A stretch of DNA of 64,000 nucleotides from Chrysomallon squamiferum (Eukaryota > Animalia > Mollusca). The notes below the pieces were generated by a model, which saw only the letters and a list, made by a program, of their open reading frames with translations, had not been told where the DNA came from and did no database searches. The stretch is from contig CM022673.1 of the NCBI GenBank assembly GCA_012295275.1, positions 1,736,001 to 1,800,000 on the forward strand. Reading direction: 5' to 3'. Position 1 is the first letter of the stretch. Each line of letters opens with the position of its first letter. Positions 37,016 through 56,050 of the stretch are shown here, piece after piece. The translations under genes were made by a program, and so were the position numbers.

Positions 37016-38585
37016 GGCGTCTTTGCTAAAATAAAATAAAAAAGTAAGCAAAATATTAAATTTTGAAAATAAATACATACCCCCTCCAAAACAAAAAAAC
37101 AACAACAAAAAAACAAATCTTATTAATCATATTAACTGCATGCAATTAATTCTTAAGGGTTTTCTTTCTAACGGCGATGGCGGCTACAACACATGTTACT
37201 ACTACTACTACTACCACTACAAATACTGCTACAGTGTTCGAGATTAACATCGTCCCACTGGTGATAATAATACATTGAACACAATTTACATTAAATTTAT
37301 TTAGAAAAATGGGATAGATTCCAAACACACAGGAACGCGCGCGCGTACATACGCACACACACACATACACATATATATATGTTGAATCAAATTTTTTTTG
37401 TTCTATTTTATTTTTACCTTAACTCAAACAGTGTTGATAATAACGTATTTCACTCAGTTTACATTATATTTCGTTTCGCCAAACGATACAGGTAATATAT
37501 ACCTGAACGAGAAATGAATTTACCTTAACTAAAATAAAATACATCACTCCTAAAACAGTCTACCTGTTTTCTTACCTGTAGCCTGTGTAAGTAAGTGTAC
37601 ACAGACACTGTGACAATAACAACCAGCGGATTCACTGATTTACACGAAATTCACACGACCCGTAACCCTTCCGCTTTTCACCAAACTTAAATCGAACAAT
37701 AACTGAAAAAGAATTAACGCTTTCTGTGTACAGACAGCATTCTAAATGGTGCTGTTGTTACGAAGTGCCTTTTTTAAAATCAACTGTCACTTAAACAGGT
37801 CGTAAAAATTCGGCTACCGTAATGACACACAAAAAGCTTATTTATAAAGCGTTTCAAAGAGAAGCAGTAAAATTAGAATGATTCCTGAACCGTTTTTTAA
37901 AGCGTGTTTCACCAGGTCTGCAAAGACGAAAGTCTTTTCGTACTGTAAAATAGCTAAAAACGAAAATTCTATTGAAAAGTATAGAAACACGGTATTTATT
38001 AAAAGAATATTAATGTTCTGTGTAATGTATACGGTATACGTCGGTTATTTTGTGGAGTTAGGTACAAGTGTCTTGGTTAATATGCGACTCTCTATTTTAC
38101 ATATTAATGGCAAACCGCAGAAGTTTAATTTAAAGGAAATCTATTTATTTTGAAAGACGACTGAACGGTCTCACGGTATTTTGGATTTCTTTCTTTTTTT
38201 CTTTTTTTTGACAACTTGAATACTTAGTAATCAAATTTAATGGAGTATAAAATTTTATAATAAATGTACTATTTCCCCGTTTATATGCGAAATAATAAGT
38301 TTGCATTCTGTAACAAAACCTCGAGTATAATAAAATTGTAAATTTTTTTTTTCTGTTTTGAAACTGAACAGTTTTAGAGACTTTACGGTATGGTTTCTTC
38401 TTTTGAAATGTTGATTTAAAAGACGATAATCTGTAATATTTTATGTGTTCTAATTAAAATATTTAAGTATATTCCAGCCGCCTTCTTCGTTTGTTTAAAG
38501 AGCTCTCTGAACTGTTTAACTGTTGTGTTTTGTTTTTCAAACTAGAAAAAAAAAAAAAAAAAAAAAAAAAAAATAAAAAAAAATA

Positions 38586-38645
<60 letters not shown>

Positions 38646-39457
38646 AACATTAAACTTTTTTTTAAAAAAATCACAAAAAAAAAAAAAAAAAAAAAATACA
38701 AATCTAATAAAACATCAATTTGTAAAAAAATTTTTTTCAAAATCTATTTTTAATAACTGTTTAAATTTTTTAGTGGATCTAATGAGTTTCTGTATTCATA
38801 ATAATCATATATCCACAAGACAAACAAAAATCTTTATTAAAAATAATTAGATAGATGTAGTTTTACCAGTTTGATAAAAAAAAAAAATGGAACTGAAAAA
38901 GAAATTTCCAAATAAAAATTAAATTAAAAACAAAAACATTAGTACTATTTCTGTGTTTTTTTCTTTTTTTTTTTTTTTTAAAAAGAAGAAAAAAGCCAAA
39001 CCATTAAAATTAACAAAAAGTATTTCTGATGATATATCATATAGCGTTTAAATTAGCTGAAAAACAGTCATTCAGTCTTTTAAGACTTTTTGTGATCGCT
39101 GCTTAAAAACATAACAAATTCTTTCCCTTGGATCGTTCGTTAATTTCCCGTACATTAACGAATTGATAAAACATTAATATTTAAATTAATATTTGTGTAA
39201 TGACACCTGAATATATCTTATTATTATTTGTTGTTATTTGTCAACTATTTTAATTTTTAATGTAATGTTGATATGAGAAAGAAAACAAGGTTAATTTTTC
39301 ACAATAGGAACAAGGAATCTCTTAAAAGTTTTATCCTATCAAAGATTCGAAAAATATCATTTTCCTGCGTGTAACTGAAAGTAAAATGAGTTACAATTTT
39401 ATATGTGTCTGTATTTGTGTGTGTGTGTTTGTTTATATATATATATATATATGTATA

Positions 39458-40125
39458 CAGTGGTACCTCGACTTACGAGTGCCCCAACGTACGAATGTTT
39501 CTAATTACGGATTTTTGCTTTGAGTTGCGAGCCAGGATCCGAGTTACGACTGAGCTTCAGATACGCCGCCGCTAGTTGGCGCAACGAGCAACACAACATC
39601 CACTCAGCATCCCGCGTCTCACTCGTTTACTTCACGTGGTTACCTCGCAGTTGAAGCATCTCTGTTGTGTTATAATCGCGTTCTGTGCAGTATTTTGTCA
39701 AATTTCTTTTTTCTGACCATGGATCCTAAGAAACTGAGTGCAAAGGACAGTGCTGAGAAGAAGAAGCGGATGATGTCCATTGAATTAGAGCTTGAATTCA
39801 TAGATAAACATGAGCAAGGTGTGCATGTAGTTGATTTGGCTAGGCAGTACGAGCTTAGAACTTTTACGATATGTACCAGACTGAAGCAGAAGGAGTCGAT
39901 AAAGGCTATAACTCCAGCAAAAGGCGTTAAAATAATTTGTCTTATGTCCAAGATAAATAAACTTTACAAAACCAATTTATTTCATTTCATTCTCTATTAT
40001 TTTGTTTTTACACACTTGTCATTTATAAATACATTTTTCTAATTTAAAAACACGTTATATATATATATATATAAAAAAATAATAATAAAAAAATGGGTAG
40101 GTTTTTGTGGGGCTGGAACGGAATA
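39458..40125 (+). mobile_element. Tigger/pogo-type (Tc1-mariner) DNA transposon, internally deleted
   Basis: TA|CAGTGGTACCTCGACTTACGAG left TIR. ORF from 39719 reads MDPKKLSAKDSAEKKKRMMSIELELEFIDKHEQGVHVVDLARQYELRTFTICTRLKQKESIK (psq/CENP-B-type HTH). No DDE domain; a subterminal GGCTGGAACGGA motif lies near 40110; right TIR not seen. Confidence 0.85.
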
Positions 40126-41194
40126 ATAGTATACGTATGTGTGTGTATGTCTATATATGTATATGTATTTGTATATGTTTAAAATTGGTGGATGTCAGGT
40201 TCCTTATGGGGCATTTCTGCAACCTAATAATAGTAGTAGTAGTAAATAATTGAAAACAAAAATAAGCATAATAAAAAATTAAAATATATATATATATATA
40301 AAACAAGTGATAAATCAGAAAAAAATGACTTTTTCTTTTATCTCGAATTTTATTACCATTTTACCTGCATTCTCAAATTCAAGAAATGCTGTTAATTTTC
40401 AATATTTGTCGTTCGTCATTCTTTAATCAAATTTAATAAACAATACATCTTGGTATTTCAAACACTCTGGAGAGAGAGAGAAAATTACTAGTGTCAAAAG
40501 TAGCGTATTCTGATCTGCTATCGAACACCTCGGAAACAAACGTAGCACTGCTTCGATTTTCTATAGAATGTGTCTGCTGAAAATATAAATATAAATTTAA
40601 CATTTGAAGTCTCATGAATTTTATATAACTGCCGTCGTCTATGCGAAAATGTATTTAAAAACGGATCATGTATGACTGTTATAGACACATACACTGTTAT
40701 ATACATATGGATATTAGTACCTATTCTTATTTTTAATTTATATTAACAATCAAGGTATGTATATCACTTTATATTTTTTTCTAAAAATGCCACATGGGTC
40801 TTATTTTCTTAGGCAATGTTTCTATATTCTTTGTCGAACAAATTATTATTATTACTTATTTTTTTGTTCAACGATAACATTTTGGAACTGAAAAATGAAA
40901 CACTAAAATTTAACCCAAGAGTTTCTTTTCGTTTTTATCTTGGACAGGAAGATATACAGTGCCTCTATCATGCTTGATATTCTCGTCGAAAGCACTGGAT
41001 AGAACGGGATATTCTTACAATGGAGTCAGTTTACCCTTATGTGTAATGGCGTGCAGAGCTCTGTTGATGCCCGGGTCAAACTTCTTGTTTGTATGCCCCA
41101 CAGACTCAAGTAAAAAGCCAAGTACTGAGAAATAATATGAGAAAGGAAGATATTTTGAACATAAACATTTTATTCGATTTTTATCTTTTTTCTG

Positions 41195-41265
41195 ATTGGA
41201 CGCCCCCTTATATTTGGGTGCCCAGGGCCACCGCCCCTTCGCCAGCCCCCGAGGCACTCCACTGC
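41195..41265 (-). mobile_element. Possible end of a non-autonomous DNA transposon (MITE-like)
   Basis: GC-rich island reading CAGTGGAGTGCCTCGGGGGCTGGCGAAGGGGCGGTGGCCCTGGGCACCC on the minus strand, typical of hAT-like MITE termini; partner end not identified. Confidence 0.35.
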
Positions 41266-41911
41266 GTACGGGCACGAGAACCACCAGAACTCATCCGAAA
41301 AGTATGGAAACACAGCGTTCTACGACTACGATTAAAATTAGAAAAATTGACCTTTATTGAAAACTGCTAAAAACTTGTACAGCAGTCCTTTCATGATCAG
41401 TACATATTGAAATCTTGGATTCAGACTCATGCTCGCCAAACAGAAATACGCGAGGCTAATAGGCATTTGTGTATTTTCTAGAGAAAACACCTGTCCTTTT
41501 CGATTCGCCATTAGGAAATGTTACTTTGGTAACTCCGTCCTACGAAATCGGCGCATTAAAGCTTCATTCATGGTAGCGAACGTAAATAGAAGTTAACTAA
41601 ATATGGAGTGCTTGGATCAGATGCGGGACAAAAGGAGATGCTTTTCTTGGAGGGCTGTGTACACAGAAGAAGGCTAATGGCGAACAGTTGAACTTCTTAG
41701 ATCCAAAGATCTTTGTAAAGGCTTGAATTTTATTTTGAGAAATATCGAAAAGGCAAGACTCTTGATATCAGCATTTTGTGGTTGAATTACGGCTCCTAAT
41801 AAAGCTTATCGAAATGTTAAGAATAAAATGGAATTGGTGGGAGAATGAACTGGTAAGTGAAATAATGAATACATAGATGAATAATTCATTAGAAAAAGAA
41901 AAGCCGTAACC

Positions 41912-41949
<38 letters not shown>

Positions 41950-42689
41950 TAAAAAAGAAATAAAATAAAATAAAATAGATAGAAAAAATAAATATGAATA
42001 ACTATGACAACCTGAATAAATAAATAATTCATCTCCGTCTGACACACTCTCTCAATATTCGCTTTTCATTTGACAAACTTTGGTCCAGTATCTCCGGGAC
42101 ATTTCAGTAATAAATATCATAACCGTCTGTGGCAAGCTGATTTCGATAGCTGACTACGGTGAGTAAAACAATAAATTACATATAAGCGATGTAACAAACA
42201 GATGTTGTCAAAAAATACAAAACCGAGTTACAATTTAAGGAACTGAAATCGAGATTGAGGAAGATTAAAAAAAAAAAAAAAAAAACGCTTGCTGACTAAA
42301 AGAAATTTTGCCCCAAAGCTACTGCCAGGCTGGTTTGAAAAGAAACAGCAATCTAAGTACTGCCGGCGGTTCAGATTTTTATGATCGCGTTGTTCTCCCT
42401 TAAGGTGTTCAGATCGACAGCTCGTTTCGTAGCTGATTATTTGAAGACTTTTGTCCAAAGCAGTAGTGCATAAGGGGGTTATCGTAACCGGGGTTATGCT
42501 GACATCGTCGGCGACATCTTCGTAAGTACTGGTGTGACAGAAAAGCCATATCGACAAATGAACGTTTCGATAAATGTATTAGATATATTTTTCCAAGACA
42601 AGACGGATCCATTTAAATCTTGTCTGAATGGCGTAGTGCGTTTTAATTTCATTTTATCACTGAAGGATTATTGACTAATATTGCTGCAG

Positions 42690-42751
<62 letters not shown>

Positions 42752-42986
42752 GATGATGATGAAGATAATAGTAACAACAATAAATAAATAAATATTATGC
42801 ATTTACAACTAATTAATAGTGTCCGAAGAAGAAAGCATGTGAAATACGTTTTGCAATAAACTTCATTTATGTAAACAAAACTAATAACATAACAAAGATA
42901 GACAAACAAAGATAAACACAAAGAAATAATTTATACACATACACACACACACACACACACATATATTTAGTGAGAGAGATCAAGAG

Positions 42987-43043
<57 letters not shown>

Positions 43044-43306
43044 AGAAAGATAGAGAGAGAGAAAGAGACAGAGAAAGATAGAGTGAAAAAGAGAGAGAGA
43101 AAGAGAGAGAGATAGATAGAGAACGAGAGAGAGAAAGAGACAGAGAGAAAGAGAGATAGAGAGATATACATAGAAAGAGAAACAGATAAAGCTATGCAGA
43201 GGGCCATACACAGAAAAAAACAGGAATATATAGATAAGAATAAACAACAACAACAACAACAACAAATAAACACACAGCAACAACATCATCATCATCATCA
43301 TCATCA

Positions 43307-43340
<34 letters not shown>

Positions 43341-44231
43341 TAATAAACACTCTGTGCTTTGTTTCTAATGCTTGGTTCTTTGGCTGTTTAATCAAAGGAA
43401 AATAATCAAATAAATTCAATTCCAAAAAAAAAAAAAAAAAAAAAAAAAGAAAAAGAAAAAGAAAAACCCTCGTTGAATCCAACAAATCCCCTGAAGAAAC
43501 ATATTTCCGAATTATTTCACAATCAGCAATAAATTAATAATTTATCAAACACAATAAATGCCTAAAACGTTTTGTAAAATAATTTCAAACTAGTTTTCGC
43601 TTATTGCAGAATCAGTTTAAATATGGCGGTGGAGACATTTCAACAAAGAGAGACATATCGGAATGTTTTTCAGTCGGGCAATCATAAATTCGCTGAATTC
43701 TGCAGGGATGATAAAGATCTGATTAGAATTTGTTTTCAATTTGTTTGGCTGATAAACGAGTGCACGGAAGAGGTCAAACTGATTTGCTAGATAAAATTTC
43801 GTGACTGGAAAATGATAAAATAACGTGTCATAGTTGGAGAAATGAACTGAAAGACAGGGCATGTCGGAGAAAAGAAAAAAAAAACTAACTAAAAAAAAAC
43901 CACGAAACAAAAACAAACACAACTCAACAAAGCAAAGACTCGCAATGAAATGATGAGGACTCTTCAACTCTTTTCTGTTTTAATTGCTACAGTTTGTCAG
44001 TTAAATGTATTATGTAAATACATGTGTACGTAAATACATTTATATATGTGTGTTTATGTGTATGTATATACATACGTACATACTCATATATACTGGTATA
44101 CCTACTTATATACACTATACAGACACACATGCACACACATTCACACACAGACACATATGTATACATGGATACATACATACATACATATATATATGTTCTC
44201 TAGAACATCCATTTATCCATGCATCAATCTT

Positions 44232-44299
<68 letters not shown>

Positions 44300-44306
<7 letters not shown>

Positions 44307-44435
44307 AAACTCGCTACTACCACTGGCTACTATAAGCAGCAGTTAAGTATCTTTTATATGCACCTTCCCATTATCAGTAAATTACATGGCACGGCTTTTA
44401 CTAAACAGTCATGATTCAGTTGCTAGAACAGGATG
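44300..44435 (-). mobile_element. Degenerate SINE-like repeat copy
   Basis: ataagcagcag...atcttttatatgcaccttccca...cacggctttt, homologous to 34050-34140. Confidence 0.55.
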
Positions 44436-46055
44436 TAACTGAAAGTATTCATTACAGCAGACTGAACCGGCGAGTTATCTGTCCTGTGTTTCTTGTACAA
44501 CTTTGAAGTCACGAAATCCTCTGTGTCCGCCTTGAATTTCCTCCTGTCGGTTGGAACGTGCAGATAAAAAATATACTGTTGCTAATAGCTAATGGATGTT
44601 TTCTCTTCCGAATATGCTTTTTAAAAAAAAAAAAGTTATTTTTTTTACTTTTAATATAAAACATACTTTTATGCGTTGATAAAGTTCTCATTGAAAGAAA
44701 AAGGAAAAGAAAAACAAATCAAAATTTCTTTTTTTTTTCAATCTGGATATTTCTTTAAATATTTTTTCATTTATTTATTTAAGATTTTATTATATAAATT
44801 TGTATAACATTTTTTTTTTTATACTGGAAAGTGAATTAATTTTTTTTTGTTTTCGTGTTGAGGTTTAACTTTGTGTAAGTATCTGTAAAAAAAAAAAAAA
44901 AAAAAAACAACCTCGTAGACTGTGAGGAAATCATCGAATTACTAAATCGTTAAGTTCAATTACACTCTAAAATTCTACTCCCGCAGATATAATGTTAGAT
45001 CTTCAAAGGAAGCCATTCTCCATAATTACGCTGCATGTAATAGTCAACCGTTTATTTCTATTGCCCGAAAAGGAACCAAAATGACATAAAATTAGACTTC
45101 TGCTCTCTTGTGTAGGTGTAACGTTAGAACTCGAAAAATCCTCTTCAGAGGCTCAACAATTCCAACAGTTCTTCTGACAGACGAAACCGTTCGTTCGCCG
45201 AGCGACAGAAATTATTCTGTTTTCGTTTTGGTTTCGAATGTACGTCATTGATTACTACCAGGTCACCGTTCCAAATATTAAGCGGTTCTTCCTGATGGAA
45301 AGTTTAATAGTCTTGTAATGTCTTCCAAAGCAGCGAGATCAAAGAATGAAAATGATGACTTACAATGTTCGGTACAGAGGTTAACTTGCTTTTGAAAGAG
45401 TCCACTGTTGACAGGGGAAAGACGAACCGACTAACGATTAGATATTAACGTATTTTTATATTTGTCTTCGACTGGGAATGGCGAAGAACATAAACGCAAT
45501 CTACATTAAGCACTGAGACTTTTCGTATATTTTATTAGTACTTGTCGCCGTCTGGCCATAAAATGAAGATCAAAAGAACGAATTTGGAAGACGAAAACTT
45601 ATTTATTCTTCTACGACTATTAGAGTAAACTTGAGTAACAGCGGAATAAAGTCGGGCTTAATGGCACATTTGTAACTAAGTCAGTTACCAGTGCTGGATG
45701 TCAGGGGTTCGTATTCACTGCTTATTTAGCCCAAAGTTCTATTCACACTTCTTTATTGTTAATAATCTATTATTTTCATAATCATATTTCTAGTCCTTTG
45801 ACACCCTAACTAATAGATAAAATTTGGGAACACTTTAGTTACGTATAATTGGATATATTGTGGATCTCTAAGCTATATATGATGTTATTTTCAAATAACA
45901 AGTTAAAGATATAGACACACATATATACGCCATGTCTTATACGATATAAGTGTGTGTATCATATAAATATCTGTCAAAAATCTCATAAAAGAACTGTTTG
46001 AAAGATAACTGTAGTTTTTACTCCAACATCATCGTCTCTACTTGTCAGACTATAT

Positions 46056-46121
<66 letters not shown>

Positions 46122-46937
46122 AAACCGATGTGGAATTTTGTCTGTAGCATGTTTATTTACTATCCTTTATGGAATCTGTCCCTATTTTATCAATATTCTC
46201 AATTCCTCACATGTTGAGACCTATCACCTGTTGAGAGCGATTTTCTTCCTCCGACCCTGAAGAGTCATTGGTCAAGTCTCGATGGTCCTTGATCACTGAT
46301 TGCACGGGGTGAACATAGCGAGATGATTGATAATTATCTCCCTTAGAATGCAATGGTCAATAATATCTAAATTAAATCATTGCATGTTTGACACTTTCTC
46401 ATCGACGTAAGTCTGCAGTTTACAGAGATCTGCGACTCTCTCAAGCGGTGTGAATGTGGATGTCGCTGTCGCTGCTGACGTCGTTGAGAAACAAAACAAA
46501 CACGGCTCACGTCAATCCCAGCGTTTTCAGAGGTGATGCAGAGGACTGGAAGTTGAAGGGTGTTGTGTAATGGGAGAAAGTCGTGTTGAGTCTGACTTGT
46601 TTCTCAACGTTCTTGAGATTCTGAGATTCTAGAGAAACGAGATAAGTCAGAGAAATGTTTTATTCTAATCAATAGTTAGTTTTGTGATGAGCCAGCCCAC
46701 AGAAAAAAAAAAAAAAAAAAAATCGTTTTAGATCTTCGCCGTTTCGAAACTGTCAAAAATAATTATAAATAATACTTCTAAAAATAAAAATGTATAATGA
46801 AAACAACACCAGTAATAAAACCTGGTTACTCTGATTTTGTCTTAAGTATTGAATGTTTTTTTTATTTATTTATTTATTTATTATGTAATATACTCCATCC
46901 ACTATATACTGGATCTTCCTTCTCTCATTCTTTTTAA

Positions 46938-51442
<4,505 letters not shown>

Positions 51443-51504
51443 GTTGCAGGTGCAGATTCTGTCGCTTGGGTTTGGTCTGGCGTGCACAGCCAGGATGAGG
51501 CTGA

Positions 51505-51637
51505 ACTCGAATGGGTTTCAGTTAGAATACAGTTTAATTCGAACAGAGTTTAACTCTAATCCGGTTTTTAATTCGAATAGGGTTTACTTCTAATCGGGCT
51601 TAATTAGAATACAGTTTAATTCGAATACGGGTTAACT
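51505..51637. repeat. Degenerate ~16-bp tandem array with a quasi-palindromic AATTCGAAT core, ~8 units
   Basis: ttaattcgaatacagt-like units, read directly. Confidence 0.75.
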
Positions 51638-52653
51638 GAAATAATTGAAGCTAGCAAGGCAAAGTGTTCAAGTTAAACAGTCTATATATAATTGAACAAA
51701 TTTCATTTATAATAATTTTTCTGTTAGGAATAAGAAAAAAATAAAAAATAAAATAAACTCGGAGAAACTGTAATTTTGAATATTGTAAATCTGTCGTTTC
51801 CTTTGTATAATTCTGAGACGTTAGGCTGAAATAAGTTCAAAACAAGAGTAATTGCTCGTTCGTTTAGGACTACTTTTTAGAAATGTTTTTTACCCTTGGG
51901 ATAACGTTACATTATTGGCAATTTTGTCCGGCTGGTTTTCGTTTACAACTAATGTCGCAACAGCGAACACAATCGATTGACTACTAGACCTTCTTGGTCT
52001 TACCGAAATGTTGTTGTCGCAGAAGATAAATTAGAACAAAAATATGTATATTCTTATAAGTTTAGAAAACAATAAACTGATGAACAAATAAATATTGTAG
52101 ACAAACGCTATCCTGCACCAGCTAATAATAATAATATCCAATAACTGTGTACAGTTCTCCCAACTCTGTTCAGCATCAGTTCTCGTATTAACAAAAAATA
52201 CAGAAGAAATAATATACTGAACAAAAAAGTTACGGCTCATGAAATAGTTTCGAATAAATGTCCATTGGATTTTGAATTAAAAAAAAAAAAAAAAAAAAAA
52301 AAAATTATTTTGCGAATCGTGAATTATTGCAAAATTTAACATTCCAGAAACAAATGTGAACAAACATTCCATTGTCTCTAATTTTTTTGTTCAGTATAAT
52401 GTATAATGCATAGACACACATCATCAAGCAGTGAGCTCATTTACTTCTCAGTGTAGTTGTAATATCTTTGTGGTTTTGACTCCATTTAACACTTAATATC
52501 TTATATAACATAAATTATAAACATAATATGTTATATTATTACATTTAACAGTTTTATCGTGAATATGTAATAACCACATATTATGACTGCTTGCTGAAAA
52601 TATACAGGCAAAGTACCAGAATTTTCCATAATCACCTGATGATGATGATGATG

Positions 52654-52715
<62 letters not shown>

Positions 52716-53296
52716 CAGCCCCACATGCCAGTTACACTGCTAAAGGTGCGTTTATGACGGAGCAATTATTATTAAAAGTTTCTTTAATTTTTAATCAGTT
52801 TGACAGATCCTTTAGAATGATGATTGTATGAAACACAAAATTTTAGTGACGGAACGAAAAACAAAATGAAATACTGAATTACAAATGCCAGAAATTAAGA
52901 ATAAAGTAATTTATATAATAATAAACATAATTTAAAAAAGCTTTAAAATTTTATGTTTAAAACAAAGATGGGCCAAATACATTTTTGTAGAACTATTCAA
53001 CAGACCAAGCTCATTCACTTAGAATTAAAAAAAGGAAATAAACAAAAGAAAGGCCATATCTCTAACTTATTATCACAAGACACTCGATTACAGAATCATT
53101 TACAGTAGATCCTTTCTAAAAATCGTTAATGCACCTTTAGCACTGTACGAATAATTATATTTCTGACCAATGAAATAATCTGTTTTTTTTTCCTATAGGC
53201 CATACGGTTTCACCAATAAAACGATTTAGCAGTGAATTAGTAAATATTCCGATCGACGGAACGTAATCTTTGCTATGAATAACACAAAGAAGGACT

Positions 53297-53591
53297 TCAG
53301 ATGTCTTCAATTATATCACAAGTGAACACAACCTTCTGCGACAGATGACGTTTGTGTATTTTGGGCATAGCCCACATAAGTTTGTCACTTTCTTTAACGC
53401 TCGTGTCTGAAGGCTTTATTTTAGCATCTTCGTCCAGCTGCGATTTAGTGTCGTCTGCTTCGTCCGATTCCTTTTCGTCTGCTTCGGTGATAGGCCAGAT
53501 ATTGCGTGGAGTGTTCAGACTTCGTGCGCGTGAAAGTTTTGATGACGTAAGGCGGGCTGCTATGCCTAGAAAATGTGCAAGATGGATGTCG
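53297..53591 (-). CDS. Probable terminal coding exon (alternative last exon of the 60-64 kb gene, or the end of a separate gene)
   Basis: Long pyrimidine tract and ttttAG, then a phase-2 open frame DIHLAHFLGIAARLTSSKLSRARSLNTPRNIWPITEADEKES...KRHLSQKVVFTCDIIEDI*; a GC-elevated island in AT-rich DNA. Confidence 0.6.
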
Positions 53592-53659
53592 CTAAAACAT
53601 GGTTTGAAAAAGAAACAGAAAAAAAAAAAAAAAAAATTGAAAAGAAAAAAAAAAAGAAG

Positions 53660-53692
<33 letters not shown>

Positions 53693-53738
53693 AATGAATG
53701 AATGAATGACTGAAATAAATAAATAAATAAATAATAAA

Positions 53739-53857
<119 letters not shown>

Positions 53858-54929
53858 CAATAATAATAGAATTCAAATTGACAAAACAAAATATGTAGGA
53901 TATCCTAAAATAATCTGATGTTATGTATTTACCATTGTTCTAGTATATTATAATATTATTATAATGATTAAATAAATACGACAATAAAGATTTATTTGGT
54001 TCCACTTTCGTCAAATATCGTTTCGGTTTTTCTATAAACCATAATGTAGTGTGAATCTAAAACGTTATGAATTGAAACTCTAGGAAGTTTATATGATAAC
54101 GAAGATTACTTTTTTTGTCAATACCCATTTTGCAGAAAATTACGTAGCGAAACTTTAGGAAATAATTCAACTACCTTTTTCGAGTCACTGAAACAAACTA
54201 ATAATAAATTACCTAAATCTACAAGAACTGTTTATTTTATAAACAGAGCTTACACTTTAGTGATAAGAATAATAAGTTATACATGCATACATATATATAT
54301 ATATATAAAAATTATTATCGTATATTATTATCCCATTGGTTGTTATTAAATGTTTATGGATTTATTTAGCAAATATATAAATTTTATTAGCATATATTTA
54401 TTGTTTATATACTGAAGCTGACGCATACATTACAAATAAGTCGAAGTTAATGTTTAAGCAGCGACTGTGTGGTTAGTATATTAGAGAGACAGAGGTAAAT
54501 ATACAAGCATAAACGGAAAGGTGAAAGAAAGCACTTACGTTCAATCCAAATGTAAGTGTATGCCATTATTGATTTGTAAATGTTTGCTGCCAAGATTCAC
54601 AGCAAAAAATGCGTGTAGATTAAGTTAAAACATCCCAGATAACAGTTAGTAATTATAATGCTTTAAGGACATGCGTGTAAGTTTAATTGTTGCATCCCAA
54701 AGAGTGTTTGGTTAGTATTAAGAAGTGTAATAAAAACATAGCAAAATATTAAAACGAGCAAGATTTAATTACGTAACGACGTGGCTTACTTTTGACATGC
54801 TTCGATTAGAAATCTTTTTAAAAAAAAAAGAAGATGCCTTCCCACGGCTTTTGTCAGAAATTTCAATTTCGGATTAATTTATGAAGTGTGATACTTTTAT
54901 TTTATTTTTGTGGATACTTCAAGAAGTAA

Positions 54930-55865
54930 AAACGAGTTTTGGTTAGTAGACAGCTACGTGTTGAAATAGTACTAAAAAAACATGCATTTAGTTTTAGTAA
55001 TAATAATTACATTTTATATTATACTGATTTGTAAATTTACAAAAACAAATGACGTTACTAATGATAGTGCTTTTGGTTAGTAAACATCAGAATGCCATAA
55101 ATATTCTGTCAAACATGCATTTAAAATTGGTTATATTATTATTTTCTTTTGTTAAAACTTATGGCACAACAAATGGTGGGTGCATTTGGTTAGTAAACAC
55201 CTGGTTGCCATAAATATTTTGTAAAACATGCATTTCAGTTTGGTAATATTATTTATTATTATTTTTGTAGATATTGCTAAAAATAGTGGTATAATTATTA
55301 ATGTGTGAGTTTAAAATTTAATACAATTATACGATTCTTTATTTTGATATGTTGATACAGCTGAAGATCATATAGCATAACTAGTAATATTTTGTTGTTA
55401 GATATCGCAAAAACAATGATGTGATTTAATTAATTAATGTTTTTGATTTTTTTTTTTTTAGTCAATATTGCTAAATATGTGACATACTAATGTTTTGTCA
55501 GTAGATATTTCAAAAACTCGTATGGCATATAACTAGTAAAGTTTGGTTAGTAGCTATTGCTCAACATAATGTATAACTAGTAATATACTGCCAGAATATA
55601 GCATAGCTAACAGTAGATATTGCTCAAATATTTAGCGTAACTACAAATATTTTGTTAATATATAAATAGCATAACTAATCATATTTTGTTAGTAGATATT
55701 GCTAAAATACATATTGCATAACTAGATATATGTTGTTAGTATATATACATATATATAGCATAACTAATCATAGTTAGAAGATACTGCAAAAACATGTAGC
55801 AAAACTAATCATATTTGTTAGTAGATATTACTGAAATATATAGCATGACTAGTAATATTTTGTTA

Positions 55866-55932
<67 letters not shown>

Positions 55933-56050
55933 TATATATAGCTAAAATATATACTGCATAACTAATAGTCTTTTGTTAGTATATATAAATAGCTAAAATA
56001 TATACTGCATAACCAAGAGTGTTTTGTTAGTAGACATATGGTTGCCAGAA
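54930..56050. repeat. Old, degenerate ~40-45-bp satellite (TTTTGTTAGTAGATATTGCTAAAATATATAGCATAACTA core)
   Basis: Recurrent GTTAGTA / GCATAACTA blocks, interrupted by (TA)n at 55867-55927. Confidence 0.75.

Noticed and set aside
41300-42690. GC-elevated, coding-looking stretches (also 45000-45480 and 46200-46640)
   Set aside because: Frames tried are short or interrupted by stops and show no recognisable motif; possibly decayed TE or pseudogene, but not supportable.
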